The notes: generated from the sequence alone by a model not told the origin. Counted from the whole stretch's first letter, positions 11,111-23,930 are shown. The stretch: DNA of 63,698 nt, filler included, from Chiloscyllium plagiosum (GCF_004010195.1; 4 parts of one record of this genome joined end to end with filler, not necessarily neighbours in it); one strand, 5' to 3'. Numbers and translations are program-made.

Positions 11111-14100
11111 TTTAAGAAATTAAGACATCCCAAAGCACTGTCCAGCCAGTGAAGTGATTTTGAAATATCATCAACCCACAGTGCTGCTCTGGAAACATGT
11201 ACTTTTACATGCTTGTTGCACTCTGCTGCTATGGATAATGATGATAGAGGCTCCCATTTTCTTTCCAACACAGGGTTAACCAGGTATTGTTCCCAATGTG
11301 TGTTGGAAGAGTTTACAATTAGATGCTCAACCATTTTTGCCACATTGAGAATACACCTTTCTTGTTCAACAAGTAACATTCCCTCTATTTGTCTTCTGGC
11401 TGTGCAAACCCCAAGGTGCATGCATGGCAGTGGTCTCCAGTAGTAGAAGACATGCCGATCAGTGTGCATGGAGCTTCCCAGCAACTTAGAGGGGCCATCA
11501 AGTATTTGAACTCACAACTATTGGCTCACTTCTGTCACAGCTTCTGAGACACCATCCTCTGTTTTACAAAATCTCCATTAATAAGGGAAAAGCGCCAGCT
11601 AATATATACATCGTGAACTTCCATAAAAATCAATGTCACAATAACCAGATCATCTATTAATGTGCTATGAATTGGCCAGAACCCTGGGATAAGTCCCTTG
11701 CTCTTCACAGGCATTTTTCATGGAGTCTTCTGTGTCATCTGAAGAGCAGAGGTGGTCTCAGTTGGTGGAACTCTCTCTCCTTTGAGTCAGAAGATTGTGG
11801 AATTGAACACACAATAAATCAAGGCTGACTCTCCAACACAATACTGAGGGTGTGCGGCAATCTCTCTCAGAGGTACAATTATATAAAACCAGGCAGAGTG
11901 TGGACAGAATGTGAGGAATGGGAAAATGACTGCAGATATCCTCGGGGACCTTCAGGAGGAGTCAGTTACGCTGTGAAAGTGTTTGGAAATTATTACCAAG
12001 TTGAAGCTCAAACCTCTCCACTGCTTTTGATGTATATCTCAAATTATTGGGTGTGTGACCATTTAATTAGAAGGGCAGTACCTGCTGTTATACAGCACGT
12101 AGCTACATAGAAATCACAGATACAGTCTCAGAAGCGCTCACGCATTTCTGACAGTAAATGCATAGCACACCATCTAAGTAAAGAGATCTGTTTGTTAACA
12201 GCCCATGGCAACATGTTGCATAATGAAAAGGTGAAGCAAATCAGTGAGCAATGTTGATTTGACACCAGTGCTGCCACTTACAAACAAATATCCTGCCTGC
12301 TCTCTGCCTTAAACACAAAAAGCTGAATGTAAGGCTAAAGAGCACTAAAGAGCACTCAACAGTGTTATTTAAAGGAGTCATTAACCACTTATAGGATAAT
12401 TGTTGGATAATTTCTTTTGACTGATGGTGTAATTTACGTGATTTGAAGCTTTCTTATAGTTGGCTAACATTTGGAGTGGTCTGGCTGGTGCTGAAATAGT
12501 TTTTGGTAATTTAGCATCTTGTGTTGAAACATGATGTGGAGGTGCCGGTGTTGGACTGGGGTGGACAAAGTTAAAAATCACGCAATACCAGCTTATAGTC
12601 CAACAGGTTTAATTGGAAGCACTAGCTTTCAGAGAGCCGCACCTTCATCAGGTGGTTGTGGAGAAATACAGAATCTTACATGGATTCATACAGTTTTTGA
12701 GCAAACTAAAATATAATTCTGCAAGTACAAATTCACCCACCAACTTATATGTCTGTGTGAACACGTGGATATGTGTGTGTGTGTGAGGGGGTGTCTGTGA
12801 GGGAGTGTGTACATATATATATATATATATATCGATGTGAGTGAGTGTAAAGGGATATAAGTCTGTGAGAGGGTGCGTATGTGTGAACATATGAGAGAGT
12901 TTATGCGCGTGCGTGCGTGTGTGTGTAGTGCAGTGGGGTCACCTGTTCCAGTTCCGGTTGAGGCCCTCCCTATGGGTACCGAACTTGGCTATCAGCCTCT
13001 GCTCGGCCACTTTTCGTTGTTGCCTGTCCTGAAGTCCACCTTGGAGGATGGTCACCTGATTGTCCGAGGTCAAATGCCCCACACTGCTGAAGGTGTTCTC
13101 CAACTGGGAGGGAACACTCCTGGTTGTTGATTGTTGTGCGATCTCCATTCGTCCTTTGTCACAACCTTTACTCAGTCTCACCAATGTACCATGCCTCAGG
13201 GCATCCTTGCCCGCAGCGTATGAGATAGATAATGTTGGCTGAGTCACATGAGTACCTGCCGCGTCCATGTTGGGTGGTGTCCCCATGTGTAATGGTAGTA
13301 TCCGTGTTGATACTCTGACACGTCTCGCAGTGTCTGCCATGACAGGGTTGTATGATGTTGTCCTGAAAGCCGGGCAGTTTGCTCTGAACAATGATCGGTT
13401 TGAGGTTTGGTGGTTTTCTAAAGGTGAGAAGTGGAGGCGTGGAAAAGGTCTTAGCGATTATGTGTTGCAGGCTGCGAAGAACATGGCGTGGTCTTTTGGC
13501 TCCTGGGAAGTACTGGACAACGAAGGGTACCCTGTCAGTTGAAGCCCATGTCTGTCTCCTGAGGAGGTCATTATGGTTTATCGCTGTAGCACATTGGAAC
13601 TGGTGGTCGATGAGTTGAGCATCATACCCCATTTTTATGAGGGCATCCTTGACTACTTGGACACTGCACAACAATCACCAGGCAGGAGTGTTCTCACCAG
13701 ATGTGGAACACTTCAGCAGTCCGGGACATTCGACCTCGGAATTTCAGGTGACCATCCTCCAAGGCGGACTTCGGATCGGCAACAACACAAAGTGGCCAAG
13801 CAGAGGCTGATGGCTAAGTTTGGTACCAATGGGGTTGGCGTCAACAGGGACCTTGGGCTCATGGTTAAGTGGCATGGTGGCTCAGTTAACACCGCTGCCT
13901 CATCATGCCAGGGACCCGGGTTGGATTCCAGCCTCGAATGACTGTCTATATGGATTTTTTGGACAGCATGGTGACTCAGTGGTTAGCACTGCTGCCTCAC
14001 AGTGCCAGGGACCTGGGTTCGATTCCAAACTCGGGTGACTGTCTGTGTGGAATTTGCACATTCTCCCCGTGTCGGTGTGGGTTTCCTCAAGTGCTCCGGT

Positions 14101-14223
14101 TTCCTGCCACAGTCTAAAGAATTGCAGATTAGGTGGATTGGCCATGCTAAATTGCCCATCGTGTTCAGGAATGTGTAGGTGAGGTGCATTGATCAGGGGT
14201 AAATATAGGATAATAGAGTAGGG

Positions 14224-16364
14224 CAGGGGTGGGCAAAGAGCCACATGAGAAACTTGAGTTGTGTTGGAGGGCCAAACCAACAATAAGTTGAACATAATTC
14301 TGCTCAGTATCAATTTCCTCCCATTGTAAAAAGTACTAAATTCTATAGTTTTGCACTGAAACTTATAGTCAAAAGAATAAGGATATTCTGTTACAATAAA
14401 GATATGACTTGTGGAGTAGGTCAAATATTGAAGAATTAAACAGTAAAAACAATAATTTCAGTATTTCATTTTATTTTTAACATGTTAATCTCACAAACCA
14501 ATAATGAAAAGTTGTTTCATTATTGTTCAGTATTACAAACAACAAACAACTCTATACAAAAAGCAATAAGTGCTTTTGATGTTTTTCAGTTCATTTTATT
14601 CGTTTAGTGAGAAAAATCCAGTCTGTTTTGGGCTTGAACAAGTGCACTGAAATCTGGTTGAATGTCTGAGGTGGATATGTAAAGGACAGCTGAGAGGTGA
14701 TCATCAGTGATAGAGGATCTGTATTTGGATTTGTTGAACTTCATCACTGAGAATGTCTGTTCGCATATATAGGTAGATCCAAAGGGGACTAGAATCTTCC
14801 GAGCATGCCTCCTCATGTGTGGAAAGTTCTCCTCTTTGAGGGAAGAGTAAAAATCAAGCAGTGAGACTGACCTAAAGTACTCTGCCAGAAATGTGTCAGA
14901 CTGCAGGTCAATGAGTTCAAGCTGAACATCACTAGGTGCATTCTCCACATTGCATGTAAATGGGGAAAAAAATCACGTGCATTTCATTCTCAACCGTTTT
15001 AAAGTCTTGAAATCGCCTCGAAAATTCACCATGCAGTGCTTCTAACATAGATGAGTACCTGTGGAGGTGATCAGCTGAAGGTGCAGCTTCCTTCAGTGTT
15101 GGCAAATGGGTGAGAATGTTGTCCTCCATTTGGCTTAAGAGAAGCTGCAACTTTCTCATAAAAGCCTTCACCAAGTTGTACATTTCATGCACAAAAAGGC
15201 CCTTGCACTGCAGTTTCACATTTAGTTCATTCATAAGTGCAGTCACATCAACAGCAAAACCAATGTCCACAATCCAGTCTGCATCTGAAAGCTGTGGAAT
15301 GCCATTCCCTTTCTCCACACTAATCTTGAATCTCTTCTCTCAGGTGCCATACACTTTTCAGCATTTTGCCCAGGCTGAGCCACCTGACAGCTGTGTGGTA
15401 GCCTATGTCACGATGTAAGGTCTCATTTTCCTCCAAAAGTGCAACAAACTGCCTGTGATTTAAAGCTCTTGCCCTGACGAAGTTAACTATTTTAGTTACA
15501 ACATCAACCACATGGTTAATTTTTAACACTGACTTACACAACACTTCCTGATGTATAATACAATGCAAAAATATCAATTTCTGTTCAGGGTCAATTTCTG
15601 TCACTTTATCCTGCATTCTCTTTAAGAGTCCAACATTTTGTTCCCGTTAGATTTGGACAACCATCCGTTGTCACACCCGCCAGTTTGTCCCATTTTAGTT
15701 CCAACGTGTCCAAACATGCATTACCTCCGTGAACAAATCATTACTAGTTGTTGTTCCTTTCATTGACTGCATGGCTGCCAGCTCCTCCGTGATTTTAAAG
15801 TCCGTAGTTATCCCACGTATGAAGATGAGTCGCTGGGCTGTGTCACGTATGTCGCAGCTCTCATCCAAAGCCAAGGAAAACAAGTCAAAGTTGACCGCTC
15901 TGTGCTGCAGCTGAAGCTCCAGATTTCTCGCGATGTCCCCAATCCTTCTCGTTACAGTGCGTCGGGAGAGGGGCACATTCTCAAATGCCTCCTTTTTCTC
16001 CAGGCAGATTAGTTCTGCAGAGTCCAACAAGCACTCCTTAATAAACTCTCCATCAGAAAACCGTTTACTGTTTCTGGCAATTTTGTGGGATATGACATAA
16101 CTTGTCTTGGTATGAGCTGACATTTTGAGGGCTAGCCAGCAAGTATTACTTTTAGCTGTTCATGCATGCACATACACGCGCATGTGCGTCCATACGTAAA
16201 TAAAAAAAACATCCTTTTCAAAACAAAAGCAACACAGTTGTATTGCGTGCATGGCGTAAATACTTTTTCATTTATGTTCTAATTTAAGATTGACCTCATG
16301 CGGGCCGGACAGGAATGACCAAAGGGCCGGATATGGCCCGTGGGCCATAAAATGCCCAGGTCTG
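14224..16364 (-). mobile_element. hAT (Buster/Charlie/SPIN-like) DNA transposon, 2141 bp, internally deleted
   Basis: Imperfect TIRs CAGGGGTGGGCA and TGCCCAGGTCTG. Perfect 8-bp TSD GAGTAGGG (14216-14223, 16365-16372) with central TA. Confidence 0.93.
14604..16123 (-). pseudogene. hAT transposase pseudogene (GTF2IRD2/SPIN-like)
   Basis: Fragments in shifted frames: FSDGEFIKEC, FSLALDES.D (first catalytic D), VTTDG (~15660-15675), HCIIHQE, VRWLSLG, FGSTYICEQTFS (catalytic E). No BED finger is visible after the start Met. Confidence 0.9.
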
Positions 16365-16815
16365 GAGTAGGGGAATGTGTCTGGGTGAGTTACTCTTTGG
16401 AGGGTCAGTGTGGTCTTGTTGGGCCGATGAGCCTGTTTCATTGTAGTGATTCTATGATTCTACACACACACACGTATACTCCTTTACACTCACACACATA
16501 TACACACTTCCTCACAGACACTCACATGCTGCCGTGCACACACACACATATAAGTTTGTGGGTGAATTTGTATTTGCAGAATTATATTTTATTTTGCTCA
16601 AAAACTGCATGAATCCATGTAAGATTCTGTAAATCCCTTTTGTAGAAATAGAATCAGTCTGAACAGACCAGACACACTTTAACTCCACACCTTCAATACA
16701 TTATCTGAGCTGACATGACCTGCATTGTTAAAGTACACTTGAGAATGTAACTTTAAAAAATGTTCTGGGATTTACATACAAAAGAACTGAAACCAACATG
16801 GTCATCCTAAAAGAT

Positions 16816-17093
16816 TAGATTATTTACAGTGTGGAAACAGGCCCTTCAGCCCAACAAGTCCACACCGACGCACAACCCACCCAGACCCGTTCCCCTACAT
16901 TTACCCTTTCACCTAACACTATGGGCAACTTAGCATGGCCAATTCACTTAACCTGCACATTTTTGGACTGTGGGAGGAAACCCAAGCAGACATGGGGAGA
17001 ATGTGCAAACTCCACACAGAGAGTCGCCTGAGGTGGGAATTGAACCCAGATCTCTAGCGCTGTGAGGCAGCAGTGCTAACCACTGTGGCACCG
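16816..17093 (-). mobile_element. HE1 SINE inserted in the PLE tail
   Basis: Reverse complement of the HE1 head (GTGAGGCAGCAGTGCTAACCACTGTG) and tail (CAGTGTGGAAACAGGCCCTTC). It splits CTAAAAGAT|GAGAGACTT, which is uninterrupted at 56942-56959. Confidence 0.85.
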
Positions 17094-18569
17094 ATGAGAG
17101 ACTTAACAAACAATCCAGGTCTTTTTCAATATATAATTTCAGTTACATCACATTATAAACTTTTGCTATAACGTCTGTGTCTTATGATCTTATACTCCAC
17201 AACCACCTGATGAAGGAGCAGCACTCTGAAAGCTACTACCTCCAAATAAACCCGTTGGACTATAACCTGGTGTTGTGTGAATTTTAACTTTATGCTGAAA
17301 CAGGCTGCTTATAGATGGATATGTTTTGCTGTTTGCGCTATTGTATGATGGTGTCCATTCCAGATAAGATAGGTTTCTCTATTTAAGACAGTTACATGAA
17401 TCACAAAATGTAACATGCCAATATAAGAGTAGCCACCTCACATTCAGTCATTCTCTGTGTCGTGGATTCAGTGTAGTGTCTTTTGTCTGTCAGCTATATC
17501 TGTGTAATGTACTGTAACCTCAGTAAGCATAGAAGCCAGACTGTGTGTAATTCTATAATAAAGCAACCATGTAACCACTTAGTAATGTACACAAACTTCA
17601 AGACATTTGCCTCAGTAAGAACATGACTCTCTGTCCTATGTGCCTTGTGGACTAGCAGATGGACAGCTACAAAGTTGATCAAATGCTTCTTGAGGGAATT
17701 GAGTAGCACTAGCAAAATAAAGAGGGGCCATGCAACAAGGGGCAAACTTTTTAAAAATTTTGTTCATGAGCATCACTGACTGGACTAACATTTATTGCCC
17801 ATCCCTAATTTCGCTGTAGAAGGTGGCTCTGAGCTGTCTCTTGAGCTGCTGCAATCCTTGGAGTGTATGGCCACCCACAATTCTGTTTGGAAGTGTGTTC
17901 CAGGATATTGATCCAGCGACAGTGAAGGAATCGTGATATATTTCCAAGTAACGATCATGTGTGAACTGGAGGGGAACTTGCTAGTTATATTAAAGCTGCA
18001 CCAGTCAGTCACAATGGGAGCAGACACAAAACACCCTGTGTATGCCCAAACCTAAGCCTCGTCACCAGGTCTATCCTAACCTAATGTTACTGACTATTGG
18101 GCACATTGTCTTCATGATTCACCCAGGGGAGGAGCAGCCTGGACAACAATCATGAGACTTGAAAGCCCTCTTGCAAGAACACAAGAGACTTTACTTTACT
18201 GTGAAATTGCAAGTGTTGGCATGTTTTCATTGGCTGCATGTGCTTACTTTTCCTGCAACTCATGTGAACCTATTTTCTTAAACTGAGGAAGAATGTCTCT
18301 TCCTCAATTTACAGTTAATGTACAGCCACAGGCAGAGCACTGTGCAACCAAGTGTCCAATATCCCAGCAATAGTCACAATTCCTTAATTTATTGACAGTC
18401 CTCTCTCCCAGCTGTATTAAACTGACTGGTCAAAGCTGGGCTACAGGGAGACAAAAATTATCCACGTATGATGTTGCATGTGACTCTGGTCTAGAACCCT
18501 TGCACCACATGTGCGTCAGCATCATATGAAGGCCATGCAGTCACCAGAAACATTATGGGACACATTATG

Positions 18570-19120
18570 GGAAACATTATAGGATTTATGAATATCTGGA
18601 AAGACACTGCTTGATTAGGGACAGCCAGCACGGATTTGTGAAGGGTAGGTCTTGCCTTACAAGTCTTATTGAATTCTTTGAGGAGGTGACCAAGCATGTG
18701 GATGAGGGTAGAGCAGTGGATGTAGTATACATGGATTTTAGTAAGGCATTTGATAAGGTTCCCCATGGTAGGCTTATGCGGAAAGTCAGGAGGCATGGGA
18801 TAGAGGGAAATTTGGCCAGTTGGATAGAAAATTGGCTAACCAGTCGAAGTCAGAGAGTGGTGGTAGATGGCAAATATTCAGCCTGGAGCCCAGTTACAAG
18901 TGGAGTTCCGCAGGGATCAGTTCTGGGCCCTCTGCTGTTTGTAATTTTGCTTAATGACTTGGAAGAGGGAGTCGAAGGGTGGGTCAGTAAATTTGCAGAT
19001 GATACGAAGATTGGTGGAGTTGTGGATAGTGAGGAGGGCTGTTGTCAGCTGCAAAGGGACTTAGATATGATGCAGAGCTGGGCTGAGGAGTGGCAGATGG
19101 AGTTCAACCCTGCCAAGTGT
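18570..19120 (+). mobile_element. CR1 reverse transcriptase fragment
   Basis: [53 protein letters not shown]. Confidence 0.93.
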
Positions 19121-20574
19121 AAGCAAGGGGGTGAAAGGTTATCTGTGTTAGGGATCAATGAGGAATTGTGGTTACAATCAGATCAGTCAATACCTTATTG
19201 AAGGCAGAGCAAGCTCACTGAACTGGACGACCTACTCCTGCTCCTTTGTTTGTATGTTTGTTGTTGGTGAAGGCCTCTAATATCTTCAGTCCTATACTGA
19301 GGAATGATGTGGCCCTCCCACTCCTGACATCATACAATAGTAACTCAAATGGTTTGCCGTTGTGTCTGGGTGGTCCCTTTGTTCAACATACTGCAACTAT
19401 CCTGAATATTGTGAACACCTCCAATTTCTAATTGTGCATTGGCCTTTTAAATACAGTTGAAATCTGATTCGTTGGGCGTGCAGCTTGATGATCTCTAGTC
19501 CAAATGTCTAAATCAATTATTTCAATTGAGTTATGATCACAGATTTGGGCCTGCTGGATTTTGTCTAACCAATCTACTCCATCTAGGAAGTCACTTCCAG
19601 ATTAATCCTGTGCTCACTGTCTGTGTTCAGATGAAAGTGCCATTTTCTAATTTCAATTGAACTTTGTAATGTGATAGAATGTAACGAATTATTTCTTATT
19701 AAGACATTATTTTTCAAAGCTTAAGTGAGTGCAGATGAAACTTATAAAAGCTAGCTGGAAAGGATAAGTTATTTTAAAAAACTCCATCTGTATTATCTTT
19801 GAACATATTCTTCTGAATATATTATTGTGATAGCTATGTACTTGACTTCAAAATGATGTCTTCCTTTGTTGTATGTCTTATTCTTTGAAGTTGGTAACAC
19901 CTGCAAAGAGTAATCCATGAGTAATGTCTGCCTTCATCTGTTTACAGATTCTTTAACAAAGAATTAGTGACTGGGTGGTGTGATGAGTTATAACTTTCAT
20001 CATCCAACTCTTCATTCGACTCTAGGACAGATTGACTAAAACTCATTTCTCTGAATGCAGTAAGACTCCTAAATATAGAGACTATAATTTCATTTCACAT
20101 GTAGTAATTTCCAGCACCAGTTCTTTAACAGGCCAGTGAAAATTATCGAATTGCATTGGCCATTTGTAAAATACTGGGGAAGGAGTCAAGTTCTTCACAG
20201 GCATTATTCAAGCAGGCAGGCCGAATTTGACTAATCTCTCTTCATAAATTAACCCCTGAGCACAGGTATCATCTTTTAAATCTATATTGGAGTTCCTCCT
20301 TCCTAAAGTGTAGTGCCCAGTAAGATGGCGTTGGAGTAGGGTCTCTGAGCCCAAAGCTCATTCCCTCCATCCCCTCTGTCATCTCTATCCTCTCCGTCCC
20401 CTCCATCCCCTCAGTCCAGTTTGTACCCTCTGTTCCTTCCGTCCTCTCGATCCCCTCTGTCCACTCCTTCTACTCAGTGTGCTTTTATTGCCTTTTCTTC
20501 CATTTTCTCATTTTTTCTTTTCCATTTTATTTAGCTTAGAAGATCACGGCGACAACATCGGTGGTCGCAATTAG

Positions 20575-22730
20575 ATCCAGTGCGGTCTCATGGTGGTCAG
20601 TAAGTGGGCCCAGTGCAGACTCATGGTGGTCAGTAAGTGGGTCTGGTGCGGACTCATGGTGGTCAGTAAGTGGGCCCAGTGCAGACTCGTGATGGTCAGT
20701 AAGTGGGCCTGGTGAGGACTCATGGTGGTCAGTAAGTGGGCTGAGAACGGACTCATGCTGATCAGTAAGTGGGCCGAGTGCAGATCGTGGCGGTCAGTAA
20801 GTAGGCCCAGTGCAGACTCGTGGTGGTCAGTAAGTGGGCCCAATGCAGACTCAAGGTGGTCAGTAAGTGGGCCCAGTGCAGACTCATGGTGGTTATAAGT
20901 GGGCCCGGTGAAGACTCATGGTGGTCAGTAAGTGGGCTGAGCCCGGACTCATGGTAATCAGCAAGTGGGCCCGCTGCAGAATCATGGCAGTCGGTAAGTG
21001 GGCCCAGTGCAGACTCATGGTGGTCAGTAAGTGGACCCGGTGAGGACTCATGGTAATCAGCAAGTGGGCCCGCTGCAGAATCATGGCAGTCAGTAAGTGG
21101 GCCCAGTGCAGACTCAAGGGGGTCAGTAAGTGGGCCCAATGCAGACACATGGTGGTCAGTACGTGGGCCCAGTGCACACTCATCGCGGTCAGTAAGTGGG
21201 CCCAGTGCAGACTTGTGGTTATCAGTAAGTGGGCCCATTGGGGACTTGTGGTGGTGAGACAAGGATTGATTAGGGATAGTCAACATGGTTTTGTGCGTGG
21301 GAAATCATGTCTCACAAACTTGATTGAGATTTTGAAGAAGTAATAAAGAGGATTGATGATGGCAGAGCGGTGAACGTGGTCTATATGGACTTCAGTAAGA
21401 TGTTCGACAAGGCTCCCCTTGGGAGACTGGTTAGCAACGTTAGAACTCATGGAATACAGGGAAAACTAGCCATTTGGATACATAACTAGCTCAAAGGTAG
21501 AAGACAGATGGTGGTGGTGGAGTGTTGTTTTTCAGATTGGAGGCCTGTGACCAGTGAAATGCCACAAGGATCAGTGCTGGGTCCACTACTTTTCATCATT
21601 TATATAAATGATTTGGATGTGAGCTTAAGAGATATAGTTAGTTAGTTTGCAGATGACACCAAAATTGGAAGTGCAGTGGACAGCGAAGAAGGTTACCTTG
21701 GATTACAACAGGATCTTGATCAGATGAGCCAGTGGGCTGAGGAGTGGCAGATGAAGTTTAATTTAGATAAATGGCAGGTGGTGAATTTTGGGAAAGCAAA
21801 TCTTAGCAGGACTCATACGCTTAATGGTAAAGTCCTAGGGAGTCCTAGGGAGTGTTGCTGATCAAAGAGCCCTTGGAGTTTAGGTTCATCGCTCCTTGAA
21901 AATAGAGTCGCAAGTAGATAGGATAGTGAAGAAGGCGTTTGGTATGCTTTCCTTTATTGGTCAGAGTATTGAGTACAGGAGTTGGGAGGTCATGTTGTGA
22001 CTGTACAGGACATTGGTTAGGCCACTTTTGGAATATTGAATGCAGTTCTGGTCTGCTTCCTATCGGAAAGATGTTGTGAAACTTGAAAAGGGTTCAGAAA
22101 AGATCAACAAGGATGTTGCCAGGGTTGGTGGATTTGAGCTATAGGGAGAGGTTGAACAGGCTGGGGCTGTTTTCCCTGGAGCGTCAGAGGCTGAGGGTGA
22201 CCTTTTAGAGGTTTATAAAATCATGAGGGGCATGGATAGGGTAAATAGACAAGGTCTTTTCCCTGGGGTGGGGGTACCCAGAACTAGAAGGCATAGCTTT
22301 TGGGTGAGAGGGGAAAGATATAAAAGAGACCGAAGGGGCACCTTTTTCACACAGAGGGTGGTACATGTATGGAATGAGCTGCCAGAGCAAGTGATGGAGG
22401 CTGGTACAATTGCAACATTTAAGAGGCATTTCAATGGGTATATGAATAGGAAGGGTTTGGAGGGATATGGGCCAGGTGCTGACAGGTGGTTCTGGATTGG
22501 GTTGGGATATCTGGTCAGCATGGACAGGTTGGACTGAAAGGTCTGTTTCTGTGCTGTACATCTCTATGACTCTATAAGTAGGCCTATCGTAGACTCGTGG
22601 TGCTCAGTAAGTGGGCCCAGTGTGGACTCATAGTGGTCAGTAAATTGGCCCAGTGCGGACTCTTGTGGTCAGTCAGTGGGCCCAGTGAGGACTCATGGTA
22701 GTCAGTAAGTGGGCCCAGTGTGGACCCGTA
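20575..22730 (+). repeat. 33-bp minisatellite GTGGGCCCAGTGCAGACTCATGGTGGTCAGTAA, ~20 units before and ~4-5 after the CR1 insertion
   Basis: Directly visible tandem units at 20575-21256 and 22576-22730. Confidence 0.95.
21257..22575 (+). mobile_element. 5'-truncated CR1 (RT to 3' end) inserted in the minisatellite
   Basis: LIRDSQHGFVRGKSCLTNL...FADDTK...FFTQRVVHVWNELP; tail CTCTATGACTCTA. Confidence 0.92.
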
Positions 22731-22938
22731 GCGGCCAGCCTCTGAGACAGGGTGCATCACCGAGGTGGTCCTGGCACTGACCCGTGGCTGCTGCAACGGA
22801 GTGGAGTTGGGTTCCCGGCAGCATCTGTCTCCAGCACAGATTCATGGAGGCAGTGGCAGAGATGAGTCTGAGCCCAGTACGAGAGCCTGTGGCATCGGCT
22901 GTGGTTGTATCGGTGAGGTGGGCCCAAAGCAGACTCAT

Positions 22939-23128
22939 CTAGGAGAAAGTGAGGACTGCAGATGCTGGAGATCAGAGCTTAAAAATGTGTTGCTGGAAAA
23001 GCACAGCAGGTCAGGCAGCATCAAAAGAGAAGGAGAATCGACGTTTCGGGCATAAATCCTTCTTCCTGATTCTCCTTCTCCTTTGATGTTGCCTGACCTG
23101 CTGCGCTTTTCCAGCAACACATTTTTAA
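22939..23128. mobile_element. Hairpin Penelope-tail insertion with ~17-bp TSD
   Basis: Inverted arms around a GCCCGAAACGTCGA hammerhead remnant (minus strand). Flanks GCCCAAAGCAGACTCAT (22922-22938) and GCCCAAAGTAGAGTCAT (23129-23145). Confidence 0.8.
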
Positions 23129-23520
23129 GCCCAAAGTAGAGTCATGGCAGCTGTAGACCTGTGTTTGGCCAGTACGGTAGCTGGTATCTGTGATGTCTGG
23201 TGTGGCAAGGTCCAGTGAGGACTCATACTAGTGATAATGTCAGTGGAGGTGAGATGGTGCTGAAGAGTGATGACTTTCATTCCAGTGGTGACACGGAGAA
23301 AGGACTCGTCCTGCCTACCAGGCCCATGGCAGAACACTTAACACGAAGGACTGTAAAGCTGAACATGTTTTCTGTATTTCTTTATCGTCTGCCTTTAATT
23401 TTATGTTCTGATTTATTTCTGTGTGTTTTAAGATGGCAGCAGGGAGTGGCAACAGTAAACATTACTTTTCAATGCATTTTGTAACAAAGTACATATGGCG
23501 ATAAGTCAAATCAAAATCAG

Positions 23521-23930
23521 ATCTGCTCACAGTACTCCAAGTGGGGTCTAACCAGGGTTTTGTCTAACAGCAGCATAACATCTGTAGTATTTTGTATTCC
23601 AATTCTCTAAATATAAAGAGCAGCATTACATGAGACTTTGCAATGATTTTCTGCAATGGCCTGTGGCATTTTAATGACTTGTGCACCTGAAACCCCATGT
23701 CTCTTTGCACATCCATTGTACTTAACTTCATACCATCTAGAAAGTACTTTGGTCCATCATTTCTCGATCCAGAATAAATAACCTCACTCTTGCTTATACT
23801 GGACTCCATCTTACACAGTTTTGCCCATTCAGTTAGTCTGTCAATGCTTTTTTGTAATGTTATGTTATCATCTACAATGTTTGCAAACTTTGTGTCAGCA
23901 GCAAATTCAGATATGTGACTTTCTATGCTA
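23521..23930 (-). mobile_element. Old CR1 fragment, the target of the VNTR element; other old CR1 pieces at ~8240-8475(+), 26280-26690(-), 39790-41130(-), 51320-51570(+)
   Basis: KYFLDGMKL..VQRDMGFQVHKSLK peptide and a FAADTKF-like RT motif at ~23885-23910. Confidence 0.65.

Larger units (their letters stand above)
13866..16460 (+). mobile_element. HE1 SINE (preceded by an extra head fragment) split by the hAT insertion
   Basis: Head and core at 13962-14223; the 3' part resumes at 16373 (GAATGTGTCTGGGTGAG...GGGCCGATGAGCCTGTTTC...GATTCTATGATTCT). Confidence 0.85.
12532..17292. mobile_element. Inverted Penelope-like element (minus arm 12532-~13665; plus arm ~13668-13862 resuming 16460-17292) hosting nested HE1 SINEs and a hAT transposon
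   Basis: GIY-YIG peptides YLIRCGQGCPEAWYIGETE and QRLIAKFGTH in both orientations. The same tail (GGACTATAACCTGGTGTTGTGTGA) lies at both ends, inverted. Flanks TGTTGAAACA (12522-12531) and TGCTGAAACA (17293-17302). Confidence 0.8.
20321..23517 (+). mobile_element. Composite non-coding element carrying a 33-bp VNTR (later interrupted by CR1 and a PLE hairpin), with a Rex1-like 3' tail
   Basis: Begins TAAGATGGCG and ends CTTTTCAATGC...GTACATATGGCGATAAGTCAAATCAAAAT. Removing it rejoins a CR1 minus-strand segment: CTTCCTAAAGTGTAGTGCCCAG|ATCTGCTCACAGTACTCC. Confidence 0.65.

Noticed and set aside
12770..12930. (GT)n/(AT)n microsatellites here and at 33885-34140 and 34745-35000
   Set aside because: They are an integral part of the PLE family A 3' UTR, not independent features.
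14604..16123. Domesticated host gene (GTF2IRD2/ZBED-like)
   Set aside because: It is frameshifted and lies within TIRs and a TSD inside a SINE, so it is a transposon relic.
20571..21343. Repetitive ORFs (GPLTDHHESAL, WAHLLTTMSLH) over the 33-bp array
   Set aside because: They are a by-product of a unit length divisible by 3. Several frames are open, the array is interrupted by CR1, and there is no sign of a gene.
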